DNA of 64,000 nt from Podarcis bocagei. Lineage: Eukaryota. The DNA lies in the NCBI GenBank assembly GCA_964188305.1, contig OZ076889.1. One strand, 5' to 3'. Position numbers and translations under genes: made by a program. The notes under the pieces are model-generated. The model was not told where the DNA came from. It saw only the letters and a program-made list of their open reading frames with translations, and did not search any database. Positions 1-14,185 of the stretch are shown piece by piece (position 1 is the stretch's first letter; each line of letters starts with the position of its first letter).

Positions 1-100
1 AGCAACAGAAGCTCACCCTGTCGCAGGGATTCGAACCACAGACCTTCTGATTGGCAAGCCCTAGGCTCTGTGGTTTAACGCACAGCGCCACCCATGTCCC
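1..100 (-). mobile_element. Sauria SINE, 5' tRNA-derived part, truncated by window edge
   Basis: Reverse complement reads GGGACATGGGTGGCGCTGTGCGTTAAACCACAGAGCCTAGGGCTTGCC...GGTTCGAATCCC; same family as 9762-9938 and 32945-33281. Confidence 0.85.
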
Positions 101-1259
101 TAAGCTGATACATAAACCCTGCAAAAATAAGTAGAATTTACAATAGAGCTGAGCTCTTCTCACAGTTGTGCTAGAGTTCTATTAATTTCAGTGGTGAAAT
201 CTCCCAGTAGATTGTGTGCATAATCAAATCCACTCCATCATAATCCAGTGTAATTAGATTGAATGTTAACTTTTCCAAAATCCGAGGCAATAATTCAATC
301 TTTTACTAAGTCAGAAAACACTGGTGATGTATATTGACTACATAGCAAATCAATGTAAAGTTGATGAATGTAGCTCATTCATGTTTCCCTTTATCTGGAG
401 CTACTTTATAGCAGTGCTTGCAATGTCAGATTTACTGAACTTTTCAGCAAAGGAATATGGAATTGAGTCAAAGTGGTCAATTTTTCTTAATTTCCTTATG
501 GACATTGAGCTGCTTAATCTGGATAATTCATGACACAAGAAGTAACAGTTAACAAGGAGAAAGTCGCAAATAAAAATCCTTGCACTGCTTAATGCAAACT
601 TTACATGTTCCAAAGTATCAGCAGTCATTTTGCAGTACTATGCCTTCTTCATGAGGGGAAGAGAGATGGATAAAACTGCAAAATGGCCGCCAACATATGC
701 TCCCTTCTTCTACATCACATTGGCTGAATTTTCTGGTTTCACATGCTGAGCATTAGACGTATGTTCCTTTGCCAGGAATACTTGGTAGCATTGCTGCTGA
801 AATCTGTCAGTTGCAGAAAATACCTGACTGCCTAAGAAAGATCTGCTGAGGAATAGACTAAACCAGAGGATAGAAAGAAGAGGAGCATTTATCCACCCCC
901 TGTCCTATCTAGGGGATGACTGGGTCCCAGGAGTGCCTTGCTCATGATACTTTTGTCTCCGAGATCAGGTTGGTAGTCCAAGAACAAGGGTAGTTTCTTA
1001 TCTAATTCATATGTGAGTACATTCAAAAGTATATTTGCAGTGTGGAATAGATATAGTAAACACTTCCTCGTGACTTTACCACACCAAGATGAACATAGGA
1101 ATTGGATCTTTCCTGTTTTGTACAGTACTATAGAGAGAGTGGAAAGGAAAGTCTTAAACTTCTATTGATATGAATCCTTGACCATTCTGCTTTAAAATCT
1201 CTTCCATGACTTCCCAGCTTGTAATCCAAGTTTAGCTTGTAATAGTTAAAGCTGGCCAG

Positions 1260-1390
1260 ACTTTATTTAAATCCCGCCTTTCCTCCATTGAGCTCAAGGA
1301 TGCATGCATAGTTCTTTGTCTCCCCATTTTATCTTCACAACAACCCTGTGAATTAGGTTAGGCTGACAGTGACTTGCCCAAGGTCCCCAC
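1260..1390 (-). mobile_element. Old squamate SINE fragment (Squam3/MIR-like)
   Basis: ccccattttatcttcacaacaaccctgtg...gtgacttgcccaaggtc motif typical of these SINEs; boundaries approximate. Confidence 0.5.
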
Positions 1391-4300
1391 TACATCTCTA
1401 CTTGGCTGAATATGGGAAATGCCTCAGCTGAAAAGCGCTGTGTTTAAGGTGTCATGGAATGATAGCTACCTTTGTAGTGATTAATCTTTAATAGCTCATT
1501 CAACAAGTCATAGCTGAATGCAAGTGATGAACATGTATTTGTAAACTTGTCCTTATTCTAGGATCATAGTAAGCCATCAAGTCAAACAACCAATAGTCAC
1601 CACTCAGCAAACCTTTTTGTGAAATAGCTCCTATTCCAATTTGTGAAATAGCACTTCGAAATCCCCCCAACAATCTTGATATTTATTATTGATTGATCGA
1701 TTATTTAAAATCAATTTAAACAAGTTTTAACAATCATTACTATAATTGATGTCTTGTATATTTTTATCCAGTATGTAGCTTCCTAGAGACTCTAATATGT
1801 AAATATCATTACTAAGAAGCAATATCGTTAGACATTCTATCACTTTTTGGTTTTCTAGGTAGATACAATAGTTGCAAATATATCATTGTTTGTGAAATCC
1901 TTCTTGAGAAAGAATGGTTGGATTCCAAAAAGACACTGGATTAGCAATGAAACCTCCTCTGCACTTGTTGAGTTCCACCTTCTACATCACTTCTGTTCTC
2001 TCTAATCCATTTTCCATGAGCTTGCTTGTTGTTCATCAGCAACTATATTTATTTACTTATTTTTTTGCATTAATGCTATTTCCAAGAAAGATCTTTTTCA
2101 AACTTCAGTCGTATTGAAGAGTGATATGAAAGCCAAACTAAACATCGTGTGTCAGTTCCGGATGTGGGTTAAACCCTTGCCTGCCCCAGTTACATATAAT
2201 GTGAGGTCATCTTACCTTTAGAGCAGGTTTTGGCGCCTTGCCATCACTCCCCTCCGCTGTGTTTCACCTCAGCTGAGTTTCAGAGCTGGAAGTTAACTCA
2301 GCTGTGAGAGAAGTGCTTGAGTAAGTGGCTGGGGGAGGTACACAGCAGTCACAGCAAAAGTTCAGCTTCCCATACCCACACACCAGTACAGCTCCAACTC
2401 AAACCTGCCTTTTATATGACTGGGGTCAAGTTGGGATTTTACAAATGGGTCTGTCACCATCACATCTAGTGCTGAATAACCTTTTTCCCACGGGAACTCA
2501 CCTCGGGCATGAAACCAACGCAGAATTATTAATGCTAAACTATCAAGCACATCCGTGTCATGTGAACTTAACCATTATGTGTGTTCCTTAGCATATGGAT
2601 TATGTCGTGGGTTTTCAGTATAAACTGCTGGCATTCAAGTACCAAGAAAGCAGGCAGTGGCAAAGTAGCCAAACCACAGCCACAATACTTTCCTTTTTCA
2701 GATTTCAGAACCTGGTTATTACCCTGACTACTGGCCAACAAACCTGGGGTGGTTTCATGGTAAGTCTCACAATGAGTATAAGCTTGAAGTATTTTTTTTT
2801 TTGTAAACCAAAGTTAGCAAATGAGGTTCTGAAATATATTTGTTCTTATTACAGATGGCACTGAGTACACATGAAGCACTGGATATCTCTTAAACCCAGT
2901 TTCAAAATCCAGGGTCTTGTTCCCTGAACAAAACAATGCCTCACTCAATCTGCTATAATGCATCATCAAACGTCTGAGTTAAGGAACTTGAGATATAAAT
3001 ATATATTGTTTGCCTGCCTCATGTATTGATATAGATCATCAGCAAAGAACTTTTTTTTCATCACAAGACTACCTTCTGATTTTTTTTTAATGACAAATAT
3101 GTCAATAACTCCCACGATATAAAGTAATTGATGCTGTTTCAAGTAAATCTCAAGGCCAAACCATAGGAAAATGGAACATGTATTCCCAACCCCAGAAGTC
3201 CAGCATGCAGTTCTTATGAAAGGCAACTACTCTTTAGGTTTATGTTGGAGAGGAATCATATATGATCTGTTGGTTCATTATCAGAGCTCTGTTTAAATTA
3301 CCATCTTTCACTACAGTGGAAAAATAATATTTTTGACATCAAATACTGCTATCAATATCCACGGCATACATTGGTATCTGTAAGGAAACAACCTTGTGAG
3401 CTTAAAGTGTAATGGTGTCCCTTCAAGGTGGAACCAAGTAGGCTAGGATGCACTGACTACACCTCACCTTTGAAAGTTGAATGGGTCTATGTTTCACTGT
3501 AATTCTAATTTGGATTTCTATGCTTTTGATAGAATTATAATTTATGTGCCCTTTAATTCTGCCCTAAATAATCCATTTGATTTAGGATTCCTTTTTGTTT
3601 TTCTGCCCCAGTTTGTGCCACCATCCTACAGCATGTGCTATTATACCAGTGAATCCTTAAGAACTCATGTTCGTATACTTTTTGTAGCCAACTGCATCTA
3701 ATTATCAGGTAAAGGTTGTAAAAGGAGGAAGGCTGCAAGCTTGCTTAAAAGGTAAATCACTCCTGCCGACGTACCATGTGTCAGATGATCCACGCTGCAT
3801 GTTTAGGAATCATGTTCTGATCTTTTGATGTACCCCTTGGATAAAAAACACATGTTATTGGCCCTTTGCACTGCATCATGTTCAGGTAAATAGAACCAAA
3901 AATAATAATGGGTTCACTCATTTTCAGTCAGCAATCCATCTGAAATCCTCCCCCCGCCCCCAAGACCAATAGGATTACTCTGGAGGTAACTGGATGGAGA
4001 AATGTGCCCTGTTAAGAGTTTTTCAGTCCTTCAGTTGGAAGCCAAAATTAGGCCATCAGGATACGAGAAAGGGACATGCAGACAGATGTTTTGCACTTAA
4101 GGCCATTTACTGCAACATGACAGACTATCAGCCTTTACAGAAAACAAACAAACCTAAAATCTAAATGGAGTCCAGCTTCAGGCTGGCTCTCAGAAAATAT
4201 TCCTCTGAGGTTTTGCACACTAAATCCAAGGCTTTGCTGAATGTCTTTGATCTGTCTGGAATTTGTACTCTTTCTCTTAAATTATTTTCCTGCTATTTGT

Positions 4301-6822
4301 TAAAACATTTAAATTAATAAAAGAATTTTCTCTTTAGTGTGTGGGCTCTCTGTTCCTTATAATTTTTCTTATTCCTTGCCTGCCTGATTATGCTTATACT
4401 TTCAACACTGTGTTGCAACTTTTACAAGTTTCCCCCCACTACCACTCTGTACACACAGACCTAATTAAAGACCCTAAACTAGTCTCTCCTTGGAAGCATG
4501 GAAAGATCTCGCACACATCCTGCACTTCACCATCTACAGGTGCTTCTCTGTTTGGTTAAATATGGGGAACAGCTCTCTGCATAATGAAGGAAGTAAATGT
4601 GGAAGTCTGGACCTGCAGTTCTGTGTACATAACTCTGAATATGAATTACAGCGATCGTATCTGTTGGGAATCAAAAAGTGCCTTAGGGACGCAAATCAGC
4701 TCATTCGGATTTTTTGAGTGGCTGCCCTTCACATTACTGAGTTACTGTGGCTCAGTGCCTAGTGTGTTAGACTTTGGTTGGGGAAGAGCTAAACCGAAAT
4801 CCTCACTATCTTGGGTTTCTATCTGTCTGTGTTTTGGGGGGTGCGGTGCAGAAGGAGAAGCATGCATGCAGCAATGGGGTCTTTGGAGGAAAAGGTGGGA
4901 TAAAGCATGTAGTACCATAAATATCTTTTAAAACAGCTCTATTTTAATTGCAGTTTGCCAAGGCAGATGATCTTGGACTCCTTTGGGAGGTGGGCTGGAT
5001 AAAACTGAATAAATGTGGGTTGTGCTATTCAGTAACACAGATTCAAATACACTAGATCGCAGCCACCGACACATTGTTATAAACTGTTTTTCCAGGACAG
5101 CATTTCTACATACATTCTGACATACATTTCTAACCTGCCTTGTCAAAAATTTTGACTAAAGTATTTGTAAATGAGTGAGCATTTCTACAATGCTGGTCAC
5201 CAGACTTGAGTTTAGAAGAAGGAATAGGGAAATGAATAAGACCCTCCTATGAAAATAATACTGGGCCTGTTCAGATATGGTTTGACCATCATATGACTTG
5301 TTTCATTCCCGCTCGTATGCTCTGATTTATTTCCTTATCTTTCTGGTTTGAGTAAACCAGTTTTCATCCAAGCCAGAATTGGAATTTACAGATTGTGAAG
5401 TAAATAATGGTGTGTGCAAACCAAGGAGGATGGAAATTTGAACATGAGAGGGAAAGCTCCATCAGCCAGACCATGATTTCGCCATTATCTCCCAACTCTG
5501 GTACTAAAGAAATGCCAAGGACCTTGGGGAAAGGACTGGTATTTGTGATGTCTCTTGGAAAACACTGGATTTGCTCTTACAGGCATATAAAATGAACTGA
5601 AATATCTGATAAGGGTTTGTTTGGTTACTTTTTACCAAAGTTGTTTAACTTCTGCAGATGATGGTTTGAACTATGGCACAGCATGCAGAATGCAATAAAT
5701 ATGCTTAATTCGTACATACAATGGAAAGAAAATCAGTAACTGGTATATTATATCAATATGCAAGAAATAAACTTGTCAACAGTTTCAACTATTTTAGAAT
5801 GTTAAGAATGAAAAATGAAGGTGGTAATAAAAAATCCTAAAATAAACATACAAATTCTGAATCTGTTATGATTTCATTTTGCTGAATCTAATATAGATAT
5901 AATGAGTATGATGCACAATGAATGGCCATTCTGAAAGGAGAACTCAAAAAGATATTTCGGTGCCTGAATTCCTGTTACTAGAAAGAAACCTAAATATATT
6001 CTGAAGCTCAGGCATATTAATAACTAGTGCAGACTGTGAGGGCACTTTAGCGGTACCTCCCCCAAAGCATGTGACATCTCTCCCTATAATTATGTTCTGC
6101 AGACATCTTGGTCAGTTCTGACACCATTGTGTTAGCTTCTGTTTACTGCATATGAAGTGCTAATCTGGATTAAGGAGGCTCTATGGGGGTGGGGAAACTG
6201 GTTATATGGCAAATACTTGGGTCAAGATGTTGAAGTCAAGATCTCCAGGTTTCTTCTAACTCAGATGCTTTGAAAGCAATTATCATCCCAAGCCAGCATC
6301 AGTTTTTCCTTAACAGACCCTTGAATTTCCACAAATGCTATATACCAAATCTTGTCACCTTCACAGAACATGTTGAAGTCTTAACTGAAGTCATATATAA
6401 ACTGCATTGCATTCTCACTTTGATGAAATCTTCAGGGTATGAGACCTTGAAGAATGAAAAATATTTTATTTTGATTTGACAAACACAAGAATTTTGCTAA
6501 TCTGGACTGGCATTGTATTTGATGACTTGTAGAACAGAGCATATTACACATGTGTACAATTGTATCCATTAACAAGTAATCTTAACAGGGAATTTGGATC
6601 CCTGACAAAGTTGGTTTTCATTTTCTAAGCTTTTATGTTATAGATAAAATCATGGAAATAGGCAAACCATGTTTGTTCTGAAATCCATGGCCGGTGTACC
6701 TGCTTGGCACTTCAAAACTACTTCTGCAGTATCTCACCCTTCTACTTCAATACTGGCACTTCTTTTTTTCCTTCTCTTGTCCTGCTGCCTTTGCTTTGAA
6801 AAACAAAGTCAATTATCAAATA

Positions 6823-7064
6823 CAGTGGTACCTTGGGTTAAGTACTTAATTCGTTCCGGAGGTCTGTTCTTAACCTGAAACTGTTCTTAACCTGAAGCAC
6901 TACTTTAGCTAATGAGGCCTCCTGCTGCTTCCGCACCGCCAGAGCAAGATTTCTGTTTTCATCCTGAAGCAAAGTTCTTAACCTGAGGTACTATTTCTGG
7001 GTTAGCAGAGTCTGTAACCTGAGTTGTATGTAACCTGAGTCGTATGTAACCCGAGGTACCACTG
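6823..7064. mobile_element. Tc1/mariner-type MITE, family A copy 1
   Basis: TIRs CAGTGGTACCTTGGGTTA / TAACCCGAGGTACCACTG, TA on both sides; near-identical copies at 23408 and 25661. Confidence 0.9.
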
Positions 7065-7776
7065 TAAAGCAAAATGTGTTAATTTTACATGCAGTACATG
7101 GGTATTCTCAGCTTGGCTTTTGTACAAGGGCTCAAACATGCCCAGCTTATAAATTATAGTTGTTGTCATTGAATAGTTGTTCTTTTCACAAACCCTGACC
7201 TAAACCTCACACAGCAGCAACAGTGTGCACTTAAGGATCTCTTTGGCTAACAGATCACCAGCATCAGTGCCGACATTGAAGGCAGGACTGGCCAAACTCA
7301 AGTGCTCTGAATGAACTCATGCTTGCAGCTCTCTTTACCACACTAATACACTATTAGGTAATGTGGATTAGTCCAACAAGGATAACACTCATCCAAGTAG
7401 AGTTGCGGGTTGTAGTTATTTATTCTTATGAGACACTTGCATACACAGAAACCAGTGTGATCAGGATGGAAACCTGAGTAGCTTCTTTCCGAGAGCAAGT
7501 CTCCTTGCTGAATGGAGACAGACCCCTGGAAACTGAAAATTATAAACCCAAGTAAATTGGTATAAGGTAGAAATAAACAAGAGAGCAATAGATGACTACA
7601 CCAATATGGGGTTGCATAGACTTTTGGAAAACCAAAATTTGAATGGAGCTTTTACTGGGATAACCTTTCAACTGATTTTTATACACTTGTAGGATTTCAG
7701 TTGATTTTACAGCTGTATTTCCTATGTAGGCACAATGGATATCTAGTTATAATTTTTTCTCTTTTGTCTGTTACAG

Positions 7777-7884
7777 GCAAATGGACACAGTTTTGTACAT
7801 ATGGAACATGAAAAAGCTGTACTGCTACTGAAGAGTTTCCAGAATACAGTAGACCTAGTTATTCAACGTGAGCTTACTGTCTAA
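7777..7884 (+). CDS. LRRC7: LRRC7 (densin-180) last coding exon, C-terminal end of PDZ domain
   Basis: Pyrimidine tract + ttacag acceptor, then [38 protein letters not shown], the densin-180 C-terminus; synteny with LRRC40. Confidence 0.95.
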   Translation, partial: ANGHSFVHMEHEKAVLLLKSFQNTVDLVIQRELTV

Positions 7885-7944
7885 ATATTTTTTATAAATA
7901 GTAAAATATGTCTAGCCAGATCTAATGTTTAATTAAATAAAAAT

Positions 7945-7992
7945 TTATATACATATATATATAAATAAATGAATATATATATATATATATAT
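7945..7992. repeat. (TA)n-rich microsatellite
   Basis: Interrupted atatatat runs. Confidence 0.8.
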
Positions 7993-9761
7993 GGGGGGAA
8001 ATTGCCAATTGCTGGACCAATGGCAAACATAGTGCCAAATGTATAATATACTGTATGTTAGTACTGATTATTGGGAGGGATATCTATATAAATGTAACTT
8101 CCATGGGATTACATATTAGTTCTCATTGTAAGCCTCTGTGCGTTGGTACCAGCTTTTTTTCAAGATGATTTTTAATTATTTCTAGATGTCATGTAATTTC
8201 AGAACACAGAAGCACACACAAGCTATTTACAAATTATTCCATCCATCAAAAAACAGGCTGCATGCACACCACACCTTTAAAAGACATGACACCCACCTAC
8301 CCCAATAGCCTTGTGAGGGATAAACTACAATTCCCAGAATACTCTGGGGGAAGCCATGCCCTTTTAAGGTAGTGTGTGTACGCAGCCACAGCCTCAAAGT
8401 TCTTCACGGCTTTAGAAAGAAAACTATTTAAAACTGTAATTCCCACAAAGTCTAAAGTCAAATATAATGGATTATTAAATAGTATTTTTATAGACACTTA
8501 AAATGAAATCTATATAAAAATTAACCTGTAGTCCTATATCCACTTACCTGAGAATGAATTCCATTGCACTTAATGGGGCTTTCTTCTGAGGAGACATTTA
8601 TAGAATTGCACTTTAAAACTTTTGGGCCTGATACAACTAAATGTTTGTGCTAGCGGGAGACAGTAAATGAGCTCTGCTAGTGCAACAGGGCTCCCCCCTA
8701 TTTCTGGCCACCCAATCAGCTTGGGGAGGGCAGAGGAGAGGGAGATCTTTCTGACTGGCAAGCAAAAATGCTTGTGCTGACAGAACAAACGTAATGGTGA
8801 GACACTGAATTCCTCCCTTTGCCTTTTTAAATTTCATGGGTGGTGTTCCACTGTTTTACTCAGAGTAGTAATGTCTAAGTTAATCATTTTCATTGATTTC
8901 AATGCATCTATTCTGAGTAAAACTTAACCGAATAGCACCCAATGCCTTACAGGATTAATTTAAGGTATTCCTTGAGCTGGGAGAGGGTGTCACACACACA
9001 AAACTGAGCTTCAGTGTGTATACTATTATTTGAAAAGCTCATCTCCTGCCCTTCATATGTATTTGCATCACTCAGGGTAGCTTGAAATAATACAACCATA
9101 TAAACCAATACAACAAAGACAGGCACAGCTGATGATGATCATGATAAGATGCACCACACAGCAGGCGTAAATATATAGTGAGATATGATATAATGAGGGA
9201 ATATAATGTGGGTATGACCACAGAGGTGGGTTTTTTTGCCACTTCACATCCAATATTCAATGTTCAGCCTGGAACATGACATGGAAGGGAGCCTTCAAAG
9301 CAAATCTTAGGCAGCAGGCAACCTAGGAGGGGGAGAGATGGTCCCTCAGGGATCCTTTAGGGCAGTGATGAGGAGGAACCTCTTTGGCCCTCAGATTCTC
9401 CCTAGGCCACACACTGCCCAACTAGAATGTTTCTCTGAGCTGTGCTAAGGCCTCTTGCTTGCCTGGAGATAAAAATGTGGGTGCCTGTGTAAACCTCTGC
9501 CTTTCTCATGGGCTTGCATGGCTGGAATGTAGTCTAGTGTACAAAAGTCTCACATCCTTTGTTCAGCCCACCTGTCCTCCGGCCTCACCCGCCACTAACA
9601 TGTGGCCCCTGGAAGGTTGCCCATGAGGTAATGCAGCCCTCAGTTTGAAAAAGGTTTACCATGTTTGCTGTTAGGGCTTCAAAGATAATTACCAGAACTT
9701 TGAATTGTGTCCAGAAAGGAATTAGCAAGAAGGGGATGTGCTCTTTCTTACCACAGTCATA

Positions 9762-9938
9762 GGGACGCGGGTGGCGCTTTGGTCTAAACCAGTGAGCCTA
9801 AGGCTTGCCGATCGGAAGGTCGGCAGTTTGAATCCCCATGAAGGGGTGAGCTCCTGTTGCTCGGTCCCAGCTCCTGCCCACTTAGCAGTTTGAAAGCACG
9901 TCAAAGTACCTAAGGGTCAGGGGTACCTTTACCTTTAC
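9762..9938 (+). mobile_element. Sauria SINE with large internal deletion, TSD-flanked
   Basis: GGGACGCGGGTGGCGC head, (ACCTTT)n tail; TSD ttaccacagtcat / ttaccacaatcat. Confidence 0.85.
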
Positions 9939-11719
9939 CACAATCATGTGACATGGTTTAGGGTTATACAAAGAATAGTCACAGCTAATCTGAATATTTG
10001 TAACCTAAAATGCACTCCTTCCATGCCATTTCCCATGTTCCAAGCTCAGACCCTCCTATTGCAAAAATATGCTCAGCTCAAATTCTTAATGAACAACATG
10101 CTTTATTTGATGAAATATGTGTAGGAGGTAATCCACAAGGTGACAGTTAATGAAGGGGAACAGTGTGCAAATCACTTAATATTGCTTATCAATAGAAGAA
10201 CCATTACTGTAGCTAATTAAAAGTGGTTTAGCCCTAATGTAATTCAGTTCTCTTAGCACTTTACACAAGCAATAACGTTTCTGAATATACATTCTAATTA
10301 AACTATTTAAAATATTTATATGACACCTTCTCCTAGGTTCAAGACAGTTGGCAATGAAATATAAAACCATAAAATAACTCAGGATAGCCTTATGACTAAA
10401 CAGAATGTGGTTTCAGCTCAACTGTTTTATCAAATCAGATAATGATGACAGGTTGCTTAATTAACAAGTGGGGATAAAGTTGGAAGCCAGGGAGATGGCC
10501 TGGGAATCATATGTTCTTGCTCTTTGTTTCGTAGCAAGAATGGAGAATAAGATGTTATTTCTTTTGCATGCTGTGGGCCTGTAGTGATCTTTGAATCCCA
10601 GATCAGTGATCTAAAACTTCAAATGCTATGAAACTTTCTAGTCCTCCTATCCAGATGGGGATCCTATGTTTTAAAATTCATTTGTTTTCATTTTTGATAA
10701 TGATTTAAAAATACAGTGAAATCCAAAAGTTGACATTTATTCTACACTTCTTTAGAATTTGACTCTGCTGCATTGGTTGCCATGGCACCAGTTCTGTTAG
10801 CAACAGTTCTTAAAGGTTTATTTACCAACTCTCACATTAGAGCTACACTGTAAGTAAAATAAAGGGAAAGGCTGACATTCTTTCAATTCAGCACAACAGC
10901 TGTTCAGGAAAACATAATGTGTATGGCGCATCACTACATGGAGGCAGTGACACAAGCTTGTTATGTATCTATGCATGCAGGCAGAACATATACTTGTAGG
11001 AGAAAAACTCAAAGTATGTGTTTAAAAACGGTAGATGGCAAGAGTCATGTGCTTTTCTCCCGTAAGAGGGGGAATGCCTCTTGCAGTATAGACGTCTGCT
11101 CTTACAATTGCATGCTTCTTGGTTTGGAGCCATTGTTCTTACCTATATGCAAATTTTTATTTATATATGAGCTATAACACATGACCACCAGATAACTCAG
11201 GCAACCTCCATAATTAAGACTCAAAGTCATGTGTTCTGCTTATAGCCACGTGCTGCAACAATTGCAGAAACCCTATGACTACAAATATAGGTAGTCAAAA
11301 TGTAACTTCTGCCATTACTGAGTTTGCCACTACACTAATCTCTTTCTTCCCTCATGGAACTCAAGTCAGCATACATCTTGTTTCCATGTGATCTCCCATC
11401 TAAGCATCACACGCTTTCTCAGTGATGATGCTTCCATTTTGGAACCAACACCACCCCTCCATGATACCTAAATCTTGTTAAGTTTTAGATATCTGGTAAT
11501 TCACACAGGCACATAGCAAGATCTGATGCCAGTATTGTTATTTTTAGGTGGCTGGCTCTATGCCTCATTTTAGTAACTGTATTGTGAATTTGAAACTGTT
11601 TTGTTGTAACTCGCCCAGAAATTGCTGTGCAATGAGACTAGATGAGAAATGTTTCCCAAAAAAGGGCAGACTTCTTAGCTACATTGGTTGCGTCAAGTCC
11701 CTCTGGATGGTGCCCTGTA

Positions 11720-11860
11720 TGACCGGTGCCGTTTTTTCTAGAAAAAGAGATACTGGAACTCACCATGAACGCCTCCCTTCTTCTCTTATGATGGCAATGG
11801 CACCCACCTGAGAGGTGCCAGAACTGAGTTCCAGTGAGTTCTGGCTGAAAAAAAGCCCTG
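11720..11860. mobile_element. hAT-like MITE remnant
   Basis: ttttttctagaaaaagag...gagttctggctgaaaaaaagccctg end typical of CAGGGCTTTTTT-terminated elements; boundaries approximate. Confidence 0.45.
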
Positions 11861-14107
11861 CTTGTGACCAATTTATAAATAAAAGATGGAACAGTAGTTG
11901 ATTTAAAAACAAAAACCTATTATAAACCTTGTGCCTAGGATATCTGGAATGAAAGCTTATGTTCCACAAAGGATAGTGTTCTTTATCCTACCACTCTCTG
12001 CTTCCTTTTCTTGCAGCAGCAGTGCCTACCTATTTACCAAACTAAAACCAGTAGTTTCAGCGTTGTACAGAGCTAACTTGTGAGTGTACTGAGTTCTGTG
12101 TCTGACTGCAATACATGCCTCTCTAAGAAATAATCATGCAAATCACAGAAATATAAGCAAAATGCTAATCCCTGCTAATGTTCAGAATGTATCATTGTCA
12201 ACAGCAACAGTGTTTAGTAACATTGATTCGGTTTTTCCATGTTTACAGCTTTCATGTACTGTACTTTTGAGGCAAAATTAAGATGGAACTCAAATAGTGA
12301 CTTACACTTTCACAAAACATTTTTTCTTCCTTTAGGAATTGCTGTTGAATATTTTCAGTTCCATTTTTTCCTTTGCTCATGGTCTTCATTATTGCATTGT
12401 GTTCTAAGTATGAGATAATAATAAAATCTATTTCTAAACCAGTAATTTGGATTGGATTTACATGTAGTGAAGGTGGGTTAATGAACGACAGTTTTTGCTA
12501 TGCCCAACAACAATGGTAGTCATATTTGCGCAGCCCAATACTGACACCCAAAGGCAAAGCCTAGTTTTCCTCAGCACACACATTTTTAATAGCCAGATTT
12601 CTAACGCTCTATACAATGGCAGAATTTTAACTCAGACTTTTAGAATGAGTTGTCCTTACTAGTCTTTTTGAACTTTTCAGATGCGCATTAAGTCAAACAC
12701 AAAACATGTATAATACACACCATTTTACTCCATCTAGAATTTTCATGCCCTCTTGTAAAAGCTTTTATTCTTAACATCAAGAAGCCACACCAGTTCAGCA
12801 CAAGAGGCTGAATTTTTATAAACTGGGGCCTTTCCTGCCTCTTTGCTAGCTTAGGTGGCTTAACACTGGGCAAGACAAAGACTTATTAAGTTACATTTTT
12901 CTACTTGTGAGTACTGTAATCAAGTCAAAAACAACTTACTTTATTACAAATTTTACCATTTTATAAAACACATGTTTAATTATAGAGATAGCTGTATTGT
13001 AATTAATATTTTGAGAAAATTGTGATTTTGAGCTTAAATTATATACAGAACTGTCATTTTTGTATGTGTTACAAAGATTGCTATATGAAGAACTGTACTT
13101 TTCAGTTTAATTACAATATCATTGTAAATATGGCTGAATGAAGAACCACTTACTACTCTATGAACATAGATTGTGAATGTATTTCAATGTCTTTGCAGTA
13201 TACAGATTTACTGAACTTGGAAGCTGCTTCATTTTACGTGCAAAAAGGTACTTTAAAGCTATATTTTAAATCTATTGATTCAGTGAAATCAATTATCTTT
13301 CATTTGCACATGCAGGTGGTATCGCTCCCATTTTAATTTGTGTATTGACACTAACTGGTAAGGTGCATATTGTGTCTAGAATGCATTTTGCAGATGCTTT
13401 CTGTACATAAAAAGAATACAGGGACTCAAACAATGCTGTGCAGCGTATAGCAGAGCCATTTTCGGCTTTGATGTACTCAACCTTTTTCAGTATTAAAAAA
13501 AGTGTTTTGAATAATATATTTAAAAGTCTATTGTATAAATAAAGGCACCTTATTGTAAGTACTTTGTGCGGGAGTCTTGCAATCACTTTTTTTTTTTTAA
13601 AAAGACAACTATTTCACTTTTGCTAATTCATAGAAACACCACCAAACTTTTTGCCAGGCCTCTTATTATTATTTTACTTCCTCAATCCAAGTGCATCAGA
13701 AGTACAGAACTATAAATGCATTCGCCAACATAAAAAGACGCTGTTAGCTTTTCAGGTTGTTCTCACTACCTAGGGGTTAGGACTTGCAGAGAATGGTACA
13801 GTACAATGGTTGCTAGTACCGGATGGCTGTCAGCATGTTATTAGGCCAGTCAGCTGCATAAAGCTCTACAACCTTTAGAAGAACCCACTGCCACCATCCA
13901 ACAGATACAAATGCTTCACCTAATGGTCAGAGGTGATGGGAGTTGTGTTCTAAAAACAGGTTAATCACCCCTGCACTAGTCTCTCATTGGGTGCAGACTA
14001 TGGCTTTCATAATTGTATCCAAAGTTTTGGGAAAAGGAAAGTATCTTATGGGCAATAGTGTATATATGCTTCTAATTATACATAACTCAACACAGGGGCT
14101 ACAATAA

Positions 14108-14185
14108 TAATCATAATAATTTATTATTCATACCCTGCCCATCTAGCTGGGTTTCCCCAGCCACTCTGGGCGATTCCCAACAGTT
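14108..14185 (-). mobile_element. L2-like LINE 3' tail fragment
   Basis: (AAT)n then ataccctgcccatctagctgggtttccccagccactctgggcg; a similar piece lies at 28560-28615. Confidence 0.5.

Larger units (their letters stand above)
7885..13565 (+). other. LRRC7: LRRC7 3' UTR (inferred, up to ~5.7 kb) with tandem polyA signals
   Basis: AATAAA at 7936, 7964, 12420 and 13538; the last has an upstream TGTA and a downstream GU/U-rich tract. Extent is inferred, no transcript data. Confidence 0.55.

Noticed and set aside
1-7776. Upstream LRRC7 PDZ exons (expected GIFVTRVQPDGPAS-like peptide)
   Set aside because: No matching peptide with splice sites found by eye; the region appears to be the last intron, with earlier exons outside the window
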